From positions 32,001 through 96,000 of the IMG/VR virus record IMGVR_UViG_3300031576_000005: a DNA stretch of 64,000 bases; one strand, given 5' to 3'. Origin of the DNA: a virus. The translations under genes were made by a program, and so were the position numbers. Below the pieces are notes generated by a model, which saw only the letters and a program-made list of their open reading frames with translations, did no database searches and was not told the DNA's origin. Of this stretch, positions 49,766 to 58,642 are shown piece after piece. Numbering within the stretch: position 1 is the first letter of the stretch; each line of letters opens with the position of its first letter.

Positions 49766-50952
49766 GATTGATTGAAGTTTATTCCCAGTTCTGTGGCGTT
49801 AAACCCTCGGAACCCTATCTTAACGAAGAATATTATCCTGTTCCAATTTCTTCCTATGTTGTGGTCCATAATGGTTCAGGTATGCCTAGTAAGTCATACG
49901 ACAATTTTAGCGAAGTAACAAAACATATAAAAATGTCGGTCGTACAAGTTGGTGGCAAGGATGACCCATTATTAGAAAATGTGGTAGATTTGCGTGGGAA
50001 AACAACATGGGGGCAAACTTTCTATTTAATCAAAAATTCTTTATTATTCCTCGGTTGTGATAGTATTTGTAACCATATGGCCAGCGCTCTTAATATTCCT
50101 AGAATAGCCCTATTTGGAGCTACAAGCCCATTAACCTGTGGCGGATATTGGAACAAAGAAACCGCAATTGAGTTGACGCCAACCGATATGCAAGGATGTG
50201 CAGCTCCGTGCCATAATTCTCAGTGTATTCGTGCTATAAAATGTATTAATTCTATAACACCAGAATCTATTCTAGAAAAAATATCCTCAATCTTAGGTAA
50301 GGAGGCGGTCACTCCCGTAGAAATATTACATACTGGAAAGCTTACTAACACAAGTATTGTAGAATGGATTCCAATGTCAGTTAATCAAGAGACATTCAAT
50401 GTTTTTAGAATTCTACAAGGTGTTATCAGCCTGAGAGCTGATTTACATACACCAGACTTAAATGAATTATCTAATTTTTGTAATCAGACGCCACTTAAAT
50501 ATATACTTTTAATAAAACCAGGTGACTTTACCAAATTCTCAATCCACCACAGTAAAGTAGAGCAATTGTTGATTTTAGTAGACTCTTCTACTATTGCACA
50601 CGGAATTGCTTTAATGAAAGACTTGACAAAAAAGCTATATAAGGTTAGAATTATCTCAAGATTAGACCATGCTGTTTTTAATGATTTTAAGCTAGATATA
50701 ATGGATTATCCGCCAATAGCGAGACTAACAGAATATGAATATACCAAGGAAGAATGTAGTAAATTGGTTGGCCAAAACGTAGAAGTATCTAGCTTGAGAA
50801 AGATAGTTGGAAATAATGGAAAAGCATATATGACTTTTCACGATGCACTAAAAGATAAAAATTCTATTGAAATAATGAAAAATACTGCTATAATAACAAT
50901 AGAGGAAGAACACCTCAAAGAACTACAGTTTTTAACAATTAGAAAATATTAA
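49762..50952 (+). CDS. GT9 (heptosyltransferase-like) C-terminal domain protein
   Basis: 'VVHNGSGMPSKSY', 'DLRGKTT', 'FLGCDSICNHMASALNIPRIALFG'. Confidence 0.8.
   Translation: MRLIEVYSQFCGVKPSEPYLNEEYYPVPISSYVVVHNGSGMPSKSYDNFSEVTKHIKMSVVQVGGKDDPLLENVVDLRGKTTWGQTFYLIKNSLLFLGCDSICNHMASALNIPRIALFGATSPLTCGGYWNKETAIELTPTDMQGCAAPCHNSQCIRAIKCINSITPESILEKISSILGKEAVTPVEILHTGKLTNTSIVEWIPMSVNQETFNVFRILQGVISLRADLHTPDLNELSNFCNQTPLKYILLIKPGDFTKFSIHHSKVEQLLILVDSSTIAHGIALMKDLTKKLYKVRIISRLDHAVFNDFKLDIMDYPPIARLTEYEYTKEECSKLVGQNVEVSSLRKIVGNNGKAYMTFHDALKDKNSIEIMKNTAIITIEEEHLKELQFLTIRKY
50867..50894 (+). promoter_or_regulatory. possible sigma70-like promoter for 50954 onwards
   Basis: TTGAAA-16-TATAAT with TG, inside the upstream CDS. 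Confidence 0.45.
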
Positions 50953-50953
50953 T

Positions 50954-51814
50954 ATGAGCAAAAATCAAGGTTCTGTCACTGAACCAGCTATTGGAAATGG
51001 AAAATTTACTCCAGAAGCCATTGCGTCTACCGTCAAAACAACAGACCCTCTTTATCAAGTTTTTTTAGCCGATAGTCTTATTACTGAAGGGGTTGAAAAT
51101 AATCGTATTGCGGTTAGCGTCCCATCTGACGAAAACGCTCCATACAAATGTCACTTATTAAGGAATGCTAACGGCCTACTGAATGGCGTCGAATATAAAT
51201 ATAATAAATATGGTAAGATAGATTGGGAGGCCATGTTCAATCCAGAATTATATGTATATCCAAATAACGACCCAAGCAAAAAGCCATTATTAAAAACTGA
51301 TGGATTGCTAGATTTAGCCGATATTCGTGGCGTCGAATCTAAAGAAGTGGAGGTTCGGCCAGTCTCAGAAAGTATGGTGACAGTTTGGGTAAAGATGAAA
51401 TTTATTCCAAATGTTGAAAATCCAAACGGTTTAGTTTGGGCTGGTTCAGCTGATGCTACTCCAGCTAATGTTGGGGGAAAAGGATATTCTAAATATCTTA
51501 CACCAATTGCCGAAACTAGAGCTGTTGGCCGTTGTATTCGAGGCGCTCTTAATATCCGACTTTGTACTTTCGAAGAAGTATGCAAAGATGATATAGAGGA
51601 TGAATCGGATAATAAGCGTATTTCGGACGAGGTTATTGTTGCTATTGAGCGACAAATGAAAGTTAAAGGAATTAATCAAGAAAATATAATGGTTAAAATC
51701 CATGAAAAATATCCAAATATTTCTAGTTTAAACCAGCTGTCCGTAACACAAGGACGAGCATTACTTAGTTGGGCAAACTCTCAAAGGAACGTTGAAACAA
51801 AAATAAAGGAATAA
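50954..51814 (+). CDS. putative ssDNA-annealing recombinase (Rad52/Sak-like)
   Basis: 'GSADA...IAETRAVGRCIRGALNI...EE'. Confidence 0.6.
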   Translation: MSKNQGSVTEPAIGNGKFTPEAIASTVKTTDPLYQVFLADSLITEGVENNRIAVSVPSDENAPYKCHLLRNANGLLNGVEYKYNKYGKIDWEAMFNPELYVYPNNDPSKKPLLKTDGLLDLADIRGVESKEVEVRPVSESMVTVWVKMKFIPNVENPNGLVWAGSADATPANVGGKGYSKYLTPIAETRAVGRCIRGALNIRLCTFEEVCKDDIEDESDNKRISDEVIVAIERQMKVKGINQENIMVKIHEKYPNISSLNQLSVTQGRALLSWANSQRNVETKIKE

Positions 51815-51815
51815 T

Positions 51816-52127
51816 ATGCATATTAAAATTAATCGTAACGACATGTGGTTTCGCTTTAGTTATTATAAAAAACAAGTGCCTTTTTATAAGGCCACGGCTC
51901 ATTATTTAACGTGGGGATGGCTTGATTTATTGGTAGTAATTGGTTGTAATAAAAGAGAATATGAAGGGTCTCTTTTTAAAAGCCATTGGAGCAATACATT
52001 ATTAAAAGAAATATCGAAAAAATTAAGAAAGCCCAATAAAATAGTCATTCCTTTAAACAGGGATGGATTGGTAAATATCCCTAAGACAAAATCTACCGAA
52101 CAAAAGAAAAATAGTAAAAAGAAGTAA
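51816..52127 (+). CDS. hypothetical protein
   Basis: 103-aa coupled ORF. Confidence 0.5.
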   Translation: MHIKINRNDMWFRFSYYKKQVPFYKATAHYLTWGWLDLLVVIGCNKREYEGSLFKSHWSNTLLKEISKKLRKPNKIVIPLNRDGLVNIPKTKSTEQKKNSKKK

Positions 52128-52128
52128 T

Positions 52129-52620
52129 ATGTATCAATATAATTTGTATAGGTCTAAAAAAGATAATAGTGGGGTTGCCGTTCAGTTTAAAGTAAATAAA
52201 GAATCTCTTTATTTGTCTTTGGCTAAACAAAAATCAAGCGAAGGGAAAAATGGTACCTATCACTGGCTTAAGAAGGGTGACGTTCCAGATAATAAAAAGA
52301 GTATAAATATAAAGTTCGGATTACCTGATATTGGTTCTTTTTTGTCTGTTATTGATGGAAAGCAAGATAAGGTAGATATTTATCATGAATTTGTAAAAGA
52401 TGATAAAAAAAGCGTTACACATATTGGTTTTGTTTCTTATTCAAAAGAGGGAACAGACAAGCAAGGAAAGCCAATAACTTATAAAGGATATGCATTAAAC
52501 ATAAATAGAGACGGAGAAAAATATAGCTTGGTAATTAGTGTTAGTGAGGCCGAAGTATTAAAATTAGTTTTGCAAGAGGCCGCGATGAATCAATGTTATA
52601 TTGAGCTAAAAGAGAAATGA
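52129..52620 (+). CDS. hypothetical protein (possible PC4/Whirly-like ssDNA binder)
   Basis: Two beta-beta-beta-alpha-like halves; inference only. Confidence 0.4.
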   Translation: MYQYNLYRSKKDNSGVAVQFKVNKESLYLSLAKQKSSEGKNGTYHWLKKGDVPDNKKSINIKFGLPDIGSFLSVIDGKQDKVDIYHEFVKDDKKSVTHIGFVSYSKEGTDKQGKPITYKGYALNINRDGEKYSLVISVSEAEVLKLVLQEAAMNQCYIELKEK

Positions 52621-53348
52621 AAAAATATCTAATTATATTATTTAGTCTTCTGCTAACTGGATGTGGTGTGTTTCAGTCAAAAAGAGAAAATTTAATTCCA
52701 AGCGCTCCGCGATTAGATTATAAACAGGAAGAAAAAATCAAGGAGTTAGCTAAGGTAAATGATGACCTTGCGAGTAAAATTCGAATTAATGGAACCGAGG
52801 CTAATTCGATTGAATCCGTTACACTCTCAAATGGAACAAAAATAATGGTAAGATTTGTTGGCACACCATTTCAAGATATTGATGGCAATGACGTTAGACT
52901 TGCTGAAAAAGTTACTGCCGACGCTAAACGAGTTGTTGAAGATTACAATAAAGAACAGGCTAAATATGAAGATACGCTTAACGGGGCTAGAGAGAAACAA
53001 ATTAATAAAATTAATACGTACTGGGATTGGAAGAAGCTTTTGGGGGGTGGAATTTTTACTTGGATAATCGCTATAGTCGCCGTTCCAATTCTTGGTGCTA
53101 TTTTTCCAGTTATTATCCCGGTTGTTTCGCTTATCTATCAATTATTCAAAGCTGGCCTGTCTGCTTTTTCTGTAGTCGCAAAATTAGGTGTTGGAGGAAT
53201 GGTTAGTATTGTAAAAGCAATTGAAAGATATCGAGAAGAAAATAAAAATACTCCAGAGGGCAAAAAATTTGATGACCATATGAGCAAACAGTTAGATATG
53301 CCAGTCAAAGATTCTCTCGATAAATTCAAAAATAACTTTAATATATAG
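52617..53348 (+). CDS. lipoprotein with C-terminal TM segments (spanin-like)
   Basis: Lipobox 'MKKYLIILFSLLLTGC'; coiled coil; C-terminal hydrophobic helices. Confidence 0.65.
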   Translation: MKKYLIILFSLLLTGCGVFQSKRENLIPSAPRLDYKQEEKIKELAKVNDDLASKIRINGTEANSIESVTLSNGTKIMVRFVGTPFQDIDGNDVRLAEKVTADAKRVVEDYNKEQAKYEDTLNGAREKQINKINTYWDWKKLLGGGIFTWIIAIVAVPILGAIFPVIIPVVSLIYQLFKAGLSAFSVVAKLGVGGMVSIVKAIERYREENKNTPEGKKFDDHMSKQLDMPVKDSLDKFKNNFNI

Positions 53349-53360
53349 ATAAGTTTTTAT

Positions 53361-53929
53361 ATGATAGTTTGTTTAGTTTTTTTTAATACATATGATGAAA
53401 ACCCACTATTATTAAAAGTTTAGTTCGTTGTGATGAATGTAAAAAAGAAAGAATAATCACTAAAAGTAATGTGGTATTTTGTTTTGGAAAAGACTATTGT
53501 AAATCGTGTAGCTTAAAAGGACGAAGGTTTTCTTTTGAGCATAAAAAAAAATTATCTGAATCAAAAATTGGTATTAAAAATCCTCAATTTGGGAAAACTA
53601 GGGATAAATCTCCAAGTTGGAATTCGCAATTAACTGAAAAAGATAGAACAGACAAAAGATATATATTAGAGTTCGGAATATGGAGCAAAAGTGTAAAAGA
53701 AAGAGATAATTTTACATGTAAAATAAGGGGAGATAGCCGAGGTGGAAATTTAGTTTCTCATCATTTATATAATTGGGCTAAATATGCAAATAAACGGTAC
53801 GATATAAATAATGGAATAACAATAAGAAAAGATATTCATGAACTTTTCCATATTATTTATGGAGCCAAAAACAATACGCCCGTGCAATTTGAAGAATTTA
53901 CATTTTATATTAAAGGAGTTTTATTATGA
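53361..53929 (+). pseudogene. frameshifted NUMOD3/HNH endonuclease (copy 7)
   Basis: ATG 53361 gives MIVCLVFFNTY; the family continuation TIIKSLVRCDEC is in the -1 frame from ~53405. Confidence 0.7.
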
Positions 53930-54122
53930 CGCCAGAGAATTTTTGTTATTTTTTACAGGGCTTTTTGAACTTACTAAATCTGAGAAACTAACGAAAGAGC
54001 AGGTTCAAGAAATAAAAAATCATCTTAATTTGGTTCTTAATAAAGTCACACCAGTTGTTGGTAGCGTCACGACAACATCTCCCATTGCTTATTGTAAGAA
54101 TATTGTGGTTGGCACAGGATAG
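53926..54122 (+). pseudogene. frameshifted small phage protein
   Basis: SD AAAGGAG and ATGA overlap. MTPENFCYFLQG continues as FELTKSEKLTKEQVQEIKNHLNLVLNKVTP only in the -1 frame. Confidence 0.5.
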
Positions 54123-54181
54123 TCACCACCAGAATTCCGTTTTCTTCGACAGCCACAGGCTAACGATAATTTTTGGTGGTC

Positions 54182-54694
54182 TTAAATAATCGTATAAATG
54201 ATTATTAATAAATTATAAGTGGAATGTAAAGCTATACTTGTCCATAGTCTCTTTGTCTTCAACACTAGCCAGCAACATAGAAATCCCATAGAAATTATTA
54301 TACAGGTAAAACCGATTGGAACGCAATGACATAGCCCAAATATGATACTAGTTAAACTAACTAGCCCGTATTTTAAGAAATTATTTGTAGTATCTTTTAT
54401 TTTGTAAATAATACCCCTGAATTCTATCTCTTCTAGAATCGGGGCTAATATTACACTAGTTATCCATGCTGCCTTTATTCCCAAAAAATGTGTTATCAGG
54501 CCGTAGATAAATGTATTAGCTTTTATTAGACAATAAACAAAGAGAATAAACCAATCTGGATATGCTAGTCTATCTACAAATAAAGCCTGGAAAATCCAGG
54601 TATTATTTGTGAAGAGCATTGTCAATCCCGAAAATACAATAAAAAAATTGGCTATAAATATTGACGAAAAGAGTGGTTGCCATGGTTTTGTCAT
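54182..54694 (-). CDS. CPBP/Abi (CAAX) family intramembrane protease
   Basis: 'APILEEIEFRG', 'FGLCH', 'IALHSTYN'; multiple TM segments. Confidence 0.85.
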   Translation of the reverse strand: MTKPWQPLFSSIFIANFFIVFSGLTMLFTNNTWIFQALFVDRLAYPDWFILFVYCLIKANTFIYGLITHFLGIKAAWITSVILAPILEEIEFRGIIYKIKDTTNNFLKYGLVSLTSIIFGLCHCVPIGFTCIIISMGFLCCWLVLKTKRLWTSIALHSTYNLLIIIYTII

Positions 54695-54700
54695 TAATAG

Positions 54701-54710
54701 ATTTTACACT
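54701..54710 (-). promoter_or_regulatory. putative late promoter motif
   Basis: AGTGTAAAAT starting 16 nt before the CPBP ATG. Confidence 0.5.
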
Positions 54711-54736
54711 CTTTTTGGTGGAGACGGCGTTTAAAG

Positions 54737-55127
54737 TGGTGGAGATGCAGGCATTCCAGCCTGGTGTTAGAAAAGTTTCAGTCTAATTTTAATACCATAT
54801 CTATTTTTTTGAGGTATTTAGAAAGGGAAAATAACAAACCTTTCTAGCCTTTTCTCACTCTTTAGTTAAGTCCGTTGTAAGAACCGCCTTAACCCTAGAT
54901 TATTATTACTTATATTTATATCCAGGAATTAATATAAGTTGCAGCTTATGACGCTAACGCCAAATCAGCATCCAAAGATACCGTACTGCGAGCAAAGGTT
55001 TTAGCTCTGCTATTTAGTGCTTTATTGTAAGCATTTGAACTTTTACTAGGATTTTATAGTGGCCATCATAGCTTCCACTGGTATAGTTAGAACTAATTCT
55101 ATTTCTAGTCGAATTATGTTCACCCCC
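54737..55127 (-). ncRNA. ssrA: tmRNA
   Basis: 5' GGGGGTG-AACATAATTCGAC; 3' CAGGC/GCCTG T-stem then CATCTCC-ACCA; G3:U70 pair; tag ORF 55032-54946 AYNKALNSRAKTFARSTVSLDADLALAS*. Confidence 0.9.
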
Positions 55128-55140
55128 TTAAATCTATATA

Positions 55141-55150
55141 TTATTACACT
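55141..55150 (-). promoter_or_regulatory. putative late promoter motif for tmRNA
   Basis: AGTGTAATAA starting 23 nt upstream of the tmRNA 5' end. Confidence 0.55.
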
Positions 55151-55151
55151 A

Positions 55152-56084
55152 TTATTTTGGAATTTGAGCAAGACTAACCACCTTTGTAGATTTACCACTC
55201 AGAGAGCTGGCTAGTTCTATATTTTTTGTGATTTCAATATCGGCTTGTTCGAGTTTATCCAATATTGGCTTGTCCTCATCCGAGGTAAGGTTTAATAAAA
55301 CAACATAGGTTTTAATTCTTTCTTCTAAAGTATGAAGTTTTCCTAATTGTTTCTGAAAAGCAGTTTTTCTTAGGTATTTTACAGCACCAGTTTCAAAACG
55401 TTGCCTTTGCTCAAGTGCGAAAGCTATTTCTTTTTCTAATAAAGCAATTGTTTGCCGAGAGAATTGCTCAACTATAGTATTACGAGTTTGTGTTCCAGTA
55501 TCCACAGCAATAATTTGAATCTGAATCCCTTTCGCTCCAGCCGCGACCAATAATTTAAATAAATTCTCAACTTTGTCAACATTAACTTTATATTTACTCG
55601 GAACGAATATGCATTTATCACACAGAATATCAATTCCCATAGAAACAAAGAAAATTTCTTTTAGTTTCTGCCCGACTTCGACAGCCCCTAGTTGATTTCG
55701 ATATTCTTTATAAGATTCAACAATAGCCTCTGTCCTAAAATCTGATTTTCCCTGAATTATCTCTAATTCACTATTTAGAGTTAATACGTTATGAACGTTA
55801 TAAATTAAGTCTTTTATATCTCCGAATTTTCTTTCCTCTACAAGCCCCGAAGACATTGTAGAGCCGGATTTAACCACGGGTCGAATCATGAAGCCCTCCT
55901 CACCTTCTATACTTTCCTTAAGAGCCTTTTGAAATGCCTTTCTTGGCATTCTTTCGTTGGGGCAAAATTGTTCTTTGAGGCCAGCCTCATGAAACGCATT
56001 CATCACAACTTCTTTTGGTAAATCGAAGTCAGACATTGAAAAACCTACTATCACACCAAAGCTTCTATCTAATTGTAATTCCAT
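55152..56084 (-). CDS. hypothetical protein (DUF6744/DUF3150-like)
   Basis: 'GVIVGFSMS...HEAGL...P.E..PRKAFQKA', 'IFVP'; family recalled from memory, not verified. Confidence 0.5.
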   Translation of the reverse strand: MELQLDRSFGVIVGFSMSDFDLPKEVVMNAFHEAGLKEQFCPNERMPRKAFQKALKESIEGEEGFMIRPVVKSGSTMSSGLVEERKFGDIKDLIYNVHNVLTLNSELEIIQGKSDFRTEAIVESYKEYRNQLGAVEVGQKLKEIFFVSMGIDILCDKCIFVPSKYKVNVDKVENLFKLLVAAGAKGIQIQIIAVDTGTQTRNTIVEQFSRQTIALLEKEIAFALEQRQRFETGAVKYLRKTAFQKQLGKLHTLEERIKTYVVLLNLTSDEDKPILDKLEQADIEITKNIELASSLSGKSTKVVSLAQIPK

Positions 56085-56097
56085 ATTTTATTATTAA

Positions 56098-56313
56098 TTA
56101 AGTTATTAAATTGACGCTAACATTTCCTATAGCAATTTCTTTTGAGAGAATTTCTTCATTAATCTTTCCACCGTGTTCTTCAACAATTTTCTTTTTGTTT
56201 TTAAGTAGATATTCAACAATTTCTTGATGAGCCATACCATCGGCCACTTCTAGCTTAATTACTTTAGATTTATATTTTAACTTGGGATATGAAATTTTTG
56301 CTTTAATTATCAT
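56098..56313 (-). CDS. hypothetical protein
   Basis: 71-aa ORF co-oriented in the operon. Confidence 0.5.
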   Translation of the reverse strand: MIIKAKISYPKLKYKSKVIKLEVADGMAHQEIVEYLLKNKKKIVEEHGGKINEEILSKEIAIGNVSVNLIT

Positions 56314-56428
56314 AATTAATTAAAATAAATTTGTGTTTTTTTATTAATACAATCTGGGTTTTGTATTATCTTATAGATTGCCGGAATACTTTTATTGGTT
56401 AAAGAAAAATTTTCTCCTATTTCCAGTT

Positions 56429-57472
56429 TCATTCATTTATCCTTTTTTCAAAATCAATCATTTCTTCAATTATCTCATCTAGAGTTTTTGTTGGATTCCA
56501 ACCAAGTATTGTTTTAGCCTTTGTCGCGTCTCCTATTAAGTGCGGAACCTCGGCTGGACGATATAAAGATTTCAGAGACTCTACTAATACCAATCCATCT
56601 TCAATAGATATTTCTTGCTGTGGCGTATCATCAATATTATTTAATTTTGTCCAAGATAATTTATGACCTAATTTTTCAAATGTTTTATTACAAAAATCTT
56701 TAACGCTTGTTGTTATTCCAGAAGCAATACAAAAATCATCCGGGATATTATGCTCTAAAATTAATTCTACAGCTTTAGCTGTATCACCAGCCCAAATCCA
56801 ATCTCTAGTTGGCGTCAAATTACCTAAATATAGCGGCGTAATTGGCAACCCACATTGAATTTCGTTATGAATCCTAACGGCTTCTGTTATTATCTTTTTT
56901 GTGACAAATTCTGGTCCGCGCAAGGGACTCTCAAAGTTAAAACTGATTAAATTAGAAGCGAAAATTTTATATGATTCTCTAAAATTAATTGTAGTATGCA
57001 ATCCTAAGCACTTAGCACATCCATATGGGCTTCGTGGCATCAGTAGAGACTTTTCGTTATATGGAAAATCTTTCCCATTTCCGAAGATTTCCGAAGAAGA
57101 CATCTGGAGAAAACGAGTTTCTGGAGAATATTTTTTAATGGCATCTAAACAACGATAAACCCCAATTCCAGTAACGTCGAGTGTATAAGCCCCTATATCC
57201 CAACTACTTCCAACAAATGATTGAGCGGCAGTATTAGCAAATAAGTCAGGCTTATACTTATCAACCACCCTATCAATAGAGGATTGGTCAGCTAGGTCAA
57301 AATGTTCAATAGTAACTTTATCCAACAAATAAAAATGTTTTAATCTCCATGGATTCCAATTAGCAGAACGTCTAGCTCCACCAATAACCTTATATCCCTT
57401 TTCAAGATAAAGCTTTGTCAAATATGCTGCAAGCTGTCCTGTTATCCCGGTGATTAGAATAGTTTTACTCAT
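56429..57472 (-). CDS. gmd: GDP-mannose 4,6-dehydratase
   Basis: 'LITGITGQ', 'AAQSFVGSSW', 'SSSEIFG', 'PRSPYGCAK', 'FNFESPLRG.EFVTKKI', 'LGNL..TRDW', 'RPAEV'. Confidence 0.93.
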   Translation of the reverse strand: MSKTILITGITGQLAAYLTKLYLEKGYKVIGGARRSANWNPWRLKHFYLLDKVTIEHFDLADQSSIDRVVDKYKPDLFANTAAQSFVGSSWDIGAYTLDVTGIGVYRCLDAIKKYSPETRFLQMSSSEIFGNGKDFPYNEKSLLMPRSPYGCAKCLGLHTTINFRESYKIFASNLISFNFESPLRGPEFVTKKIITEAVRIHNEIQCGLPITPLYLGNLTPTRDWIWAGDTAKAVELILEHNIPDDFCIASGITTSVKDFCNKTFEKLGHKLSWTKLNNIDDTPQQEISIEDGLVLVESLKSLYRPAEVPHLIGDATKAKTILGWNPTKTLDEIIEEMIDFEKRINE

Positions 57473-57478
57473 ATTATT

Positions 57479-57507
57479 ATATTATCACTTTACTAATTAA
57501 ATTTCAA
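57479..57507 (-). promoter_or_regulatory. sigma70-like promoter, leaderless
   Basis: TTGAAA-17-TAATAT with TG; gmd ATG 6 nt after the -10. Confidence 0.7.
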
Positions 57508-57724
57508 CTAAATAATCCCTCAGATTCAAAATGTTTGATAAGATTGCGAAAACCAATAGCCACAACTTGATTTTTATGATAAATCACTGGCGTTGGCCGC
57601 CCCTTTACTCGGTTCTAGGGTTTCGTCGGTTAAAATCAATCCTGGGTTGATTCCTTGCCATTCTAGGAACATAATGCAAAGATTTAATTCTTGCCCACAT
57701 TTGGGACTTCTAATTTGCCACATA

Positions 57725-57934
57725 TTATTTCCATTCCATGTCTTTGCCCCACGTAATTGTCATCCATCCAAGCGATAATTGGGTTGATTGGCCTCCATCA
57801 TAATAACCCACCGGCCATTTACCTATCTGAAATTTCTTATGGAGAAATAATGATATAAAATTATACTTAATATATGGGGCTTCGTCCCAATATTGTTTAT
57901 ATTGATGGTGATATTTATATGTTAAAAGTCTCAT
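57725..57934 (-). CDS. hypothetical protein
   Basis: Start at the TAATATG junction (MRLLTYKY). Confidence 0.5.
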   Translation of the reverse strand: MRLLTYKYHHQYKQYWDEAPYIKYNFISLFLHKKFQIGKWPVGYYDGGQSTQLSLGWMTITWGKDMEWK

Positions 57935-57935
57935 A

Positions 57936-58640
57936 TTAAACTTCGTGACAAGAAAACTTTTCATTCTCTAGTATAGCATAATGATTCAGGTTGGTATCTA
58001 GGCAAAGATTTGATGAATTTTTTCCAGGTATTTCTAATGGCATTTTACAAATTGTGTGTCCAAAGATTTGATTTACGTTATCTATCGGCTCAAATTCTTC
58101 TCTTAGGTCTAACCACGTTATTCCACCATAATCACTCCACCCTCCCCTCGCCTTTCCAACACCAACGTATTGGGAATACAAATTGGCTTCGCACGCTTTA
58201 ATAGCCTCGTCGCAACACTGTTGAATATGTTCTGGATTTATTCCATTTAAAGGATGGCTAAATACATATGGGGATATACCAGCATGTGAGATATAAAAGT
58301 CCTGATGATAATAAAAAAGTTTAAATTTATCCCAATCTTCTTTCGTCAAAATCGAATTAATTACTTTACATTTTTTATATGTAAAACCAGAACATGTAAG
58401 CCATGTGTTGCTAGGAAATCTATATCCGATGGTATGATTACCCCAGATATGAATCCTATTCGACTGATTAATAGAAAATTTAACCCATTCCGCAGTTTTT
58501 TCAGCGTCTTTTTCAGTTCCCTGCCAAGAGTCAAATTCGTCTCCCAAAATAATAGCTAAATCCCATTTATTAGATTGTAGTATTTTTTCCGCTTTCTCAG
58601 AACGGTCGTGGATATCGGGCAAAATGATGGTAGTATTCAT
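57936..58640 (-). CDS. calcineurin-like metallophosphoesterase
   Basis: DIH, GDEFD, GNH, SHAG and GHT motifs. Confidence 0.88.
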   Translation of the reverse strand: MNTTIILPDIHDRSEKAEKILQSNKWDLAIILGDEFDSWQGTEKDAEKTAEWVKFSINQSNRIHIWGNHTIGYRFPSNTWLTCSGFTYKKCKVINSILTKEDWDKFKLFYYHQDFYISHAGISPYVFSHPLNGINPEHIQQCCDEAIKACEANLYSQYVGVGKARGGWSDYGGITWLDLREEFEPIDNVNQIFGHTICKMPLEIPGKNSSNLCLDTNLNHYAILENEKFSCHEV

Positions 58641-58642
58641 AT

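Noticed and set aside
50623-50651. TTGACA-17-TAGAAT inside the GT9 gene
   Set aside because: Good consensus match, but ~300 nt from the next start, and a closer candidate exists at 50867; not supportable without TSS data.
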